A DNA stretch of 64,000 nucleotides from contig PDIP01000103.1 in NCBI GenBank assembly GCA_002811645.1, positions 1 through 64,000 on the forward strand, given 5' to 3'. The notes under the pieces are model-generated. The model saw only the letters and a program-made list of their open reading frames with translations, made no database searches and was not told where the DNA came from. Every line of letters starts with the position of its first letter. The stretch's first letter is position 1. This DNA is from Corallochytrium limacisporum Hawaii. Its lineage: Eukaryota > Protista > Pluriformea. This document shows positions 57,367 to 64,000 of this stretch, piece after piece. The translations under genes were made by a program, and so were the position numbers.

Positions 57367-58260
57367 ATGGCCAGCCACAAGGACGAAGTAGAGACCAAGG
57401 TCGCCAACTACTACGACTCGCAGGATGCGTCCATATTTTACGATAAAATCTGGGGTGGCGAGAGCGTTCATTTAGGTATTCATCCATCATGGAAGCTTGA
57501 CAAGCTCAGCTCGGTCGAAGAGATCAAGATTGCTAGCGATGCAGCTGACGAGATCATGGCTCAGCAGATCCTGAGCATTGCTCTCCGCACTCCACCGACT
57601 GCTGAGCATCCTTGCCGGATCATCGACCTTGGATCCGCCCTTGGATCCCTGGCTCGCATGCTAGCCAGTGGATCTCCCCACATTCATGTCACCTGCTACG
57701 ATATCTCCAAGGAAGAGAACGAAAAGTGCCGCAAACGCAACCGAGAACAGGGCCTGGACTCACAAATCGAAGTCTATGATCGCAGCTTCCTCGATGTCCC
57801 CGCTGACCTCCCCAATGATAAGAAGTACGACTTCGTCATCTCCCAGGACGCTATGCTACATTGCACTGATCATATTGGCCTGATCCAGCGCATGGCTGGC
57901 ATCGTCAAGCCTTCAGGCAACCTCATCTTCACAGACATCATGCAGAGCAGTCGCGTTAAGGGTGACGAGCTCAAGGATGTTTACGCTCGGCTGCATCTTG
58001 ACCGCATGGCTAGTACGGACATGTATGTTTATGAATTTGCCAAGTACGGCGTGGAGCTCATGAGCTACCAGGAGCGGACCGACCACCTGGTTGCCCACTA
58101 CGCTAGTACCAGACACCTCTTGGTCACCACGGGACGGGAACTTGGTGTCAGCCAAGCCTACATTGACAGCGTAGGCACAAGCTTGCAGAGCTGGGTGGAC
58201 AACGGTCGAAAAGGTTTGGTGCAATGGGGCTACTTTCATTTCCGCGCGCCCTTGGCTTGA
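57367..58260 (+). CDS. SAM-dependent methyltransferase, sarcosine/dimethylglycine N-methyltransferase (SDMT)-like
   Basis: YYDSQDASIFYDKIWGGESVHLG, IIDLGS, SQDAMLH, LIFTDIMQ, VYARLHL, SWVDNGRKGLVQWG. ATG at 57367 in CATCATGG context. Confidence 0.85.
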   Translation: MASHKDEVETKVANYYDSQDASIFYDKIWGGESVHLGIHPSWKLDKLSSVEEIKIASDAADEIMAQQILSIALRTPPTAEHPCRIIDLGSALGSLARMLASGSPHIHVTCYDISKEENEKCRKRNREQGLDSQIEVYDRSFLDVPADLPNDKKYDFVISQDAMLHCTDHIGLIQRMAGIVKPSGNLIFTDIMQSSRVKGDELKDVYARLHLDRMASTDMYVYEFAKYGVELMSYQERTDHLVAHYASTRHLLVTTGRELGVSQAYIDSVGTSLQSWVDNGRKGLVQWGYFHFRAPLA

Positions 58261-58391
58261 TGAGTTACCCAACCGAATCATCCGCATTTTTTGTAAAATT
58301 AGTCTGTAGTAGGCGGAAGAACCCGTACAATAAAAATACTAAGCGTGAAGGAATAATGTGTGCTTTTGTAAAGGAGTTTGTACTAGAACGA

Positions 58392-61300
58392 TCAGTTGTT
58401 GTCTACTACCTGTGAGGTCGAAAGGGATTCCTGTCCAAGATCATTGCCGTCAGTATCAGCATAGAGATCAGCAAGCACGCGGGGTGCTACTTCGATGCGG
58501 TTCTGACGCAGAGATGAATTGAGGTGACAGCCCACGTCTTTCAAGCCAGCCGTGGCATTCGGACTGTCGTTGGTCCCAGAATCAGTGAGCATGGAACCAG
58601 ATAAGGCGCCACCACGAACAGGGATCGCCGCACGGTCCGGGGGCGGCCCACGCCGGGCTTGTTCTATGCTTTCGTTCAGTTTTGCAATCTTGGACCGCAA
58701 CTGTTGTTCTCGATCGCGGATCTGCAACAACGTAGACGACTGTGGTAAATTACGGAGCTGTGCGGGTGCCAGGTTCTCGTTGCTTACTCCAGCACCACTC
58801 ATGCGGTCGCGGGGCGGCCGACGCCGGGTGCCCGGCTCTGCAGGTGAGAGTAGGTGCTCTGCGTCGTGCTTGAGCCGCGTGATGCTCATACGCAGATCGT
58901 GGAGATCTTCCCGGTGCAGCTCGCCTTGCTGTCCAGCCTGTGCCACGGTCTCGGACAATTGCTTCAAGCGCTGATGCACAGTCTCTGCTGCCTTAGCCTG
59001 GCGTTCCGCATCTGCTATGGGGTCATTGAAGGAATAGGGAACGGCCGGTGCGCGGGAGTAACGGAAGCCCGTATTCGTGGCATCGACGCGGACACGCAGT
59101 GGGCCCGATGGTGCAGCAGGGAGCGGGTGTTCGGTGCTATGATTGGCGTACTTGTTGCCAGTGTCAGAGGGCACATACCGGCCATCGTTGTGGTGACGGT
59201 TGCGCCTCATCAGAACCGCTGTGTCGAGATGGGCTGTCGGGATGTTCTCAAAGAGGGCAGTGATGCTATCAATCTGGGCCGGTATACTTGCCTTTTGCAT
59301 GCCCCTAGGAACCTCATCCTCTTCGGTAGTTAGATCATCGTTATTTTCGCGACGCATGGCATTGATGAAACTGCCACGTTCCAGAATGGTTTGCAAAGTA
59401 ACATTAGGCCTGGCAAACAGACGTCCGCGGAGATGACCACCTTCACCCGGCTGGCCATCTTCTAAGCTCTCAGCTGCGGCGTTGGCAGAGGTCAAGTTAC
59501 CAGCCGGCAGGCGCAACAGGGGTAGCATGCACAGAAGGCGCTCTGGGCTACTGATGAAGCCCTTGGCGTGACTACCTTTGGTATGCTTAAGAATGTCGCT
59601 TAGGCCGGGCAAGGAGTGCTTGAGAAGCTTTGCGCGGCCTTCCAACTGCAGGCGACGGCGCGTAAGGATTGACCGACGCATCTCCAGCGCATCTAAACCC
59701 CTAATGAGTGCCCTTCGTAGGTTCTGCAGTGTGTCCTGATCGTACGTGGTACCCAAAACATAGTCGATCCGCTTTCCATCCGCCGACATGGCTGCACGCA
59801 GTGTGTGCTCCCCGGTGAAAGCCATGGAAATATTGGAGACGTTGCCGTCAGTGTTGAGGTTACCGGCCTGGCCATCCTGCAGCTCTTGCAGATCCTTCAA
59901 TCGGTCACGCAAAACTGTTTCCTGGGCATCCACGATGAGCGTCGAACGCACGGTGTCATCCACCTGGCTAGACAGTGTGAAAAGCACCAGGGCCCACCAG
60001 ATATCAATTATTGGCGGTTGTTTCGGATGGAACGTTCTGCTGCCAGCTTCTTTGTCTTCGGTTTTACCGTCCAGTCTGCCATCATCACTACTACTCTCCT
60101 CTTTCGGTATTGGATTCAGGAAGCGCTCGCATTCTAGGATACCACGTTCAGCACGGCGCAATTTGCGTTTACTGATGAAGTCCTCTTCAAGGAAGAGAGC
60201 AATGGCTAATTCGATCTCAGCCCGTTGTTCCTCGATCATTTCTCGGAGTGGGCTACGCGCAAGCATCAGACGCTTACCAATCGCTTCGTTTGGCTCTACT
60301 GGCTGCGATCTGTGGTCATCAGAGGGCAACACATCATCATCAGGCCCAAGAATAAGGTCTTCATGGCCCAAATATCCCTCCATAACGGCGGCACGGTCGA
60401 GAGCCAGCAAATCATGAATGACATCCCCGCGCACGGTAAGGTATCGCATCACTCGCTTGGCGAGCTCAGCACCATGGGCATTCAGATCTACACGCTGTTG
60501 ACGGAGAGTGTGTTGTTGATGGACAATTTCTTTCCGCAGGCAGCAGGCAGCTGCTCGGCTGGAATCTTCGTGTCCTCGGTAAAGTGCTGTCAAACGTTGG
60601 TGTCTCAACTGCGTCAGTTCCCTCTGCATGGCTGCCAAACGCTGTTCGGCTATGGCGAGAGCTGTTTTGTCAATGTTTCCCGCATTGGAATCAGATTCAT
60701 GCCTCAAGCCGTCCGAAGGCACGGCAATCCCTACCACGTTGCTGAGGCGTACGCTGTGGATCTGCATTCGCAGCTCAAATGCATCTATGTCCTGAGCCAG
60801 AACCTCCTCGGACTTTGTCATTCCTATAATTTCTGTCGCAAAAGTGTTCTTTTCGACAGTTGACGGCTTGGAGGTAGGCGGGCGCTCTGGGTTCTCTGCC
60901 TTACTGATAACATCGGCCCTGGGTGTAGATACTTGCGGGGTCGTCTCTACCGTAACGGTAGTGGACTCCTCGTCGCAAAGAGTCCGCTGCTGGCCCACAG
61001 TTTGCACCGCTGAGTCCGTGGGCAGCTCGGTCTGGTAGCGGACAGTGCATGTACCATCAGCTCTGATGTCACTGACCATTCGCGACTGTGCCCTGCCTCC
61101 ATTTGCTTCAGGTAGCTTTCCCGGCGTAGAACTGTTCCGTGCTCTATCAGGCGACGGCGAAGCAGCGCCCGGCGATATATAGGCTGGCGTGACTTTGCCT
61201 GCTGTCCGACTTGTTGGAGATACAGGAGTTGGCTCTGCAGCCGTTGCTGGTGTCAAAGGCCCGGCTGAAGCTGTTGGCTTGGCGGTACCTTTATCAGGTA

Positions 61301-63974
61301 GGGAAGTGCCCAAGGAGAGAATTCTTTCGGTAGCCTCGCGAGCAAAATCAAGACCTCCTGGCCACGCTGGTACCAGGGCCAGTAATGAAGGCACTGGTCT
61401 CCCATCTTTGGTGGTTGAGGGTTCAGATGGTCTCAAATGGTGCAAGACAGTCAGTTGTGCCACACGACCACCTCGTTGAGCAATTTGGACAAGCGCTCCT
61501 TGAATATCATTGGCCAAGGATCGCAAGGCATTGGTCTCTTGTTGCACACGCTGCCGGTCTTCAGTGAAAAGGCGCCTGATATCTCGCATCTGCCCCGGAG
61601 TCCCACCTCTTAGGCGAGAAACCTCTCGACTTTCGCCTACAGCAGCCGGTTTGGAGGCAGCTTGGAGCAACTTCAGTGTCGTCCGCAGCTCATTCTTCTG
61701 GGTGTCGAGCTTGGCGCGTCGCTGGGCATACAATCGTTCAGATGGTTGCAGAGCCTGTAGGCGCTCAACCGTCTCGTTGTACTTAGGATTTCCCGGAGCT
61801 GCCTTCACCAGTTCATGTTCTTGCTCGTCCCAGTCTGACGCTTCCTCGACCGCCTCGGAAACCACTGACTCGAGCCTTTTGGACGCGCCTGGCTGCTTGT
61901 CCTGACGCACTCGCTCAATTTGAGACATGGAAGCAACAGATCCCACAATTCCTAGTGGCGCTCTCAGCTCAAGCGTGTCGTCCACTACGTAATCATCTGG
62001 CAGTTCTTCAATGCGCAAAGCACTGGCAACTAACTGGCCCCAATGAGACGACACCACAGAGAGGTTTGATCGCAAAGTATGCAGTGACTGCTGCCTGCGA
62101 TAGTGTGGATCATGGAGAGGTGGTGGTTTGAGCCCACCATCTCCTCCGGTGGGTTGCCCAAGCAAATCAACATGTTCCTCCGACAGCACGCCATGGGATG
62201 TAATACTGTTCAGTGCTTCGCCAGCCTGCGGCACATCCCACAGCTGATAAAGCTGGTCTGTGAGGTACACCAGAACCGACTCACTTTCCTCCAACGCTGC
62301 CGATGAAGGGGCCGTAACGACTTCATCGGCTGCGCTCGCTGGCGATTCACCACCGAGCACGGCCAGTCGATGATCAGCGGCTTCAGTGATGGTAAGAACG
62401 GTGTGCTTGCCAATTATTCTCTGCTCTTCCAGCTTCGTGTTACGCAGAACAGCAGCTTTTCCCATCCTACTCAGAACATGCCTCTCAAACTTTTTCAAAC
62501 GTTTGATGTGCCGTTGTCGCACGGGAAGTAGGTTGCGTGTCAAGGGATCCAAGAGAACACCCTTCTTCTTCTGCTCTCTAGTTTCAACCACAGCTTCTTC
62601 AAGGTTCATCAATTCCCTGCGGAGATCCTCAAGTTGAATACGACAAGTTTCCCACTTATCATTCGCTTCAGCAACTGCAAGCTGTGATTGCCGCATGTTT
62701 ATCATGCTATCAAAAGCCCTCCGCAGGTCCGAAAATTGGGTCTGTGGATCAACAGGTGCTCGTACATTCTCTTCTACAACGAACACCAGGCCGTGCGCAG
62801 TCAAGTCATCCGTGGCCTGACGTTCAATCACAAACCGCCGCCGGCGCTGACTCTGGGCTAATTCGTGCTTGTAGCGACGAACCTCTTCGCGCAGGAGCCG
62901 CTCTTCCTCCTCCCCGGCAGCTAGTGCTGTTTTGGCTGCATCGCAGGACTGGGACATCCTTTGCTTGAGTTCTGGATCCAGAGACAGCAAATCTGCTTTG
63001 GCTTCTACCTCCTTGCGTAGTTTGCTGAAGGCGTTCTTGTTAATTTCATTTTCTGTGATGACTTCAAGGAGCCTGAGCATAGACTCACTTTCGCCCGCGG
63101 CTGCTTCAGCAATAGCCTTTTGTACGGCCTGTACAGAGTCTGACACCTGAAGTTTGCCCTTCGGGATCTCCACGTCAGATTCAGACCCAACAGACGCACA
63201 GTGGAGCACAGCACTGCTGGGAAAGTGCCGGAACGAGGAGCCAAAGCCTTGCACCTCAGCGGCTTCAGTTTGAGGGGTACTGGCAATCGAGGGTACAGTG
63301 GGCCCACTTGGAGCCAAACACACTTCGTTCACCGTGCTCTCACTTCCGGAACCTATGAGTAATGAGGAACGTCGTAGGCGACGCGGATGTTTCCCGAGGC
63401 TGCGCAATGACCCTGTTGCCAAGGATTCCGTACCCGCTACAGCTGCAGGAGCAAAGGAGACGGATGATGAGCCTCGTGCACGATCCACAAGAGATGGCTT
63501 TGGCAAACTCAAAACATCAACGCTCTTGCGCTGCGAGTTTTCATCAGAGGAATATCTGTCTGTGTCTGGTATTTCGGGGACCGACGGTGCTGTCGGACCA
63601 GTGGAAGGTCCTTCTGATCCTTCTGAACGTCCTCTTGTGTTGTCCAGGGCCGCCGGAGGCGACGTAACGTTTTGTTTTGCGGTAACGGGGGACCTGTTCG
63701 CGGTGTTCGACACTGATTCTACGGGAGGTGTGGTTACTGGCTCTACATCGGAGACGGTAGACCGGAAATGCCCGAACGATTGTAACGCATCGGCACTCAC
63801 GACATATGAGTGACTTCGCACATTTTTTGACTTCTTTCTCGGAGGGAATGCGGCGGATTGCGTGTGCTGTGCTCGTGCAGAGCCAAACCGATCAACAGAC
63901 GACGTAGGTTGGCTCTGCGGTCTACCTTCGAAGGAAGAGACTGCACTGTGGAAAAGCATGCTTGAGCGGTTCAT
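58392..63974 (-). CDS. Large uncharacterised coiled-coil/low-complexity protein, 1860 aa, intronless
   Basis: 5.6-kb open frame. S/P-rich disordered stretches alternate with E/R/L/Q heptad helices. No motif recognised. Confidence 0.85.
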   Translation of the reverse strand: MNRSSMLFHSAVSSFEGRPQSQPTSSVDRFGSARAQHTQSAAFPPRKKSKNVRSHSYVVSADALQSFGHFRSTVSDVEPVTTPPVESVSNTANRSPVTAKQNVTSPPAALDNTRGRSEGSEGPSTGPTAPSVPEIPDTDRYSSDENSQRKSVDVLSLPKPSLVDRARGSSSVSFAPAAVAGTESLATGSLRSLGKHPRRLRRSSLLIGSGSESTVNEVCLAPSGPTVPSIASTPQTEAAEVQGFGSSFRHFPSSAVLHCASVGSESDVEIPKGKLQVSDSVQAVQKAIAEAAAGESESMLRLLEVITENEINKNAFSKLRKEVEAKADLLSLDPELKQRMSQSCDAAKTALAAGEEEERLLREEVRRYKHELAQSQRRRRFVIERQATDDLTAHGLVFVVEENVRAPVDPQTQFSDLRRAFDSMINMRQSQLAVAEANDKWETCRIQLEDLRRELMNLEEAVVETREQKKKGVLLDPLTRNLLPVRQRHIKRLKKFERHVLSRMGKAAVLRNTKLEEQRIIGKHTVLTITEAADHRLAVLGGESPASAADEVVTAPSSAALEESESVLVYLTDQLYQLWDVPQAGEALNSITSHGVLSEEHVDLLGQPTGGDGGLKPPPLHDPHYRRQQSLHTLRSNLSVVSSHWGQLVASALRIEELPDDYVVDDTLELRAPLGIVGSVASMSQIERVRQDKQPGASKRLESVVSEAVEEASDWDEQEHELVKAAPGNPKYNETVERLQALQPSERLYAQRRAKLDTQKNELRTTLKLLQAASKPAAVGESREVSRLRGGTPGQMRDIRRLFTEDRQRVQQETNALRSLANDIQGALVQIAQRGGRVAQLTVLHHLRPSEPSTTKDGRPVPSLLALVPAWPGGLDFAREATERILSLGTSLPDKGTAKPTASAGPLTPATAAEPTPVSPTSRTAGKVTPAYISPGAASPSPDRARNSSTPGKLPEANGGRAQSRMVSDIRADGTCTVRYQTELPTDSAVQTVGQQRTLCDEESTTVTVETTPQVSTPRADVISKAENPERPPTSKPSTVEKNTFATEIIGMTKSEEVLAQDIDAFELRMQIHSVRLSNVVGIAVPSDGLRHESDSNAGNIDKTALAIAEQRLAAMQRELTQLRHQRLTALYRGHEDSSRAAACCLRKEIVHQQHTLRQQRVDLNAHGAELAKRVMRYLTVRGDVIHDLLALDRAAVMEGYLGHEDLILGPDDDVLPSDDHRSQPVEPNEAIGKRLMLARSPLREMIEEQRAEIELAIALFLEEDFISKRKLRRAERGILECERFLNPIPKEESSSDDGRLDGKTEDKEAGSRTFHPKQPPIIDIWWALVLFTLSSQVDDTVRSTLIVDAQETVLRDRLKDLQELQDGQAGNLNTDGNVSNISMAFTGEHTLRAAMSADGKRIDYVLGTTYDQDTLQNLRRALIRGLDALEMRRSILTRRRLQLEGRAKLLKHSLPGLSDILKHTKGSHAKGFISSPERLLCMLPLLRLPAGNLTSANAAAESLEDGQPGEGGHLRGRLFARPNVTLQTILERGSFINAMRRENNDDLTTEEDEVPRGMQKASIPAQIDSITALFENIPTAHLDTAVLMRRNRHHNDGRYVPSDTGNKYANHSTEHPLPAAPSGPLRVRVDATNTGFRYSRAPAVPYSFNDPIADAERQAKAAETVHQRLKQLSETVAQAGQQGELHREDLHDLRMSITRLKHDAEHLLSPAEPGTRRRPPRDRMSGAGVSNENLAPAQLRNLPQSSTLLQIRDREQQLRSKIAKLNESIEQARRGPPPDRAAIPVRGGALSGSMLTDSGTNDSPNATAGLKDVGCHLNSSLRQNRIEVAPRVLADLYADTDGNDLGQESLSTSQVVDNN

Positions 63975-64000
63975 GCTAGTGTGGCCACCCAGAGATCCTG

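Noticed and set aside
1-64000. Transposons, rRNA, snRNA genes or an alternative genetic code
   Set aside because: No transposase, RT or integrase motifs and no RNA-gene signatures recognised. Conserved proteins translate fully with the standard code and use TAA, TAG and TGA as stops.

Overview
Eukaryotic chromosome-end contig with a compact, intron-poor gene layout. The gene content (GPS2-like, BRD7/9, AIMP1, EPS15, NIPBL, Ras) suggests a unicellular holozoan/opisthokont; a Corallochytrium-like protist is my unverified guess. The window opens with a non-canonical telomere array, (AACCTG)7, i.e. TTCAGG on the G-strand. The first ~12.5 kb is an accessory subtelomeric zone of secreted or membrane orphan genes. 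It holds a 4-TM protein, a knottin-like Cys-rich secreted protein, two divergently transcribed paralogous secreted proteins with an aerolysin/ETX-MTX2-type beta-pore-forming module, and a frameshifted secreted protein built from three copies of an unrecognised ~150-aa domain, along with decayed duplicated fragments. This candidate secreted toxin island is the best lead in the window. The remainder is mostly housekeeping genes: PMP3, SPFH, ACP1, PSMD14, BRD7/9, PPase, GPS2-like, XPNPEP3, EPS15, AIMP1, NIPBL, Ras, RPL32, NDUFB7 and an SDMT-type methyltransferase. Several have unusual domain fusions (BRD7/9+GATA finger, SCC2+PHD, GPS2+RGG/PY-NLS). All homology calls come from motif recognition by eye; no database searches were run.
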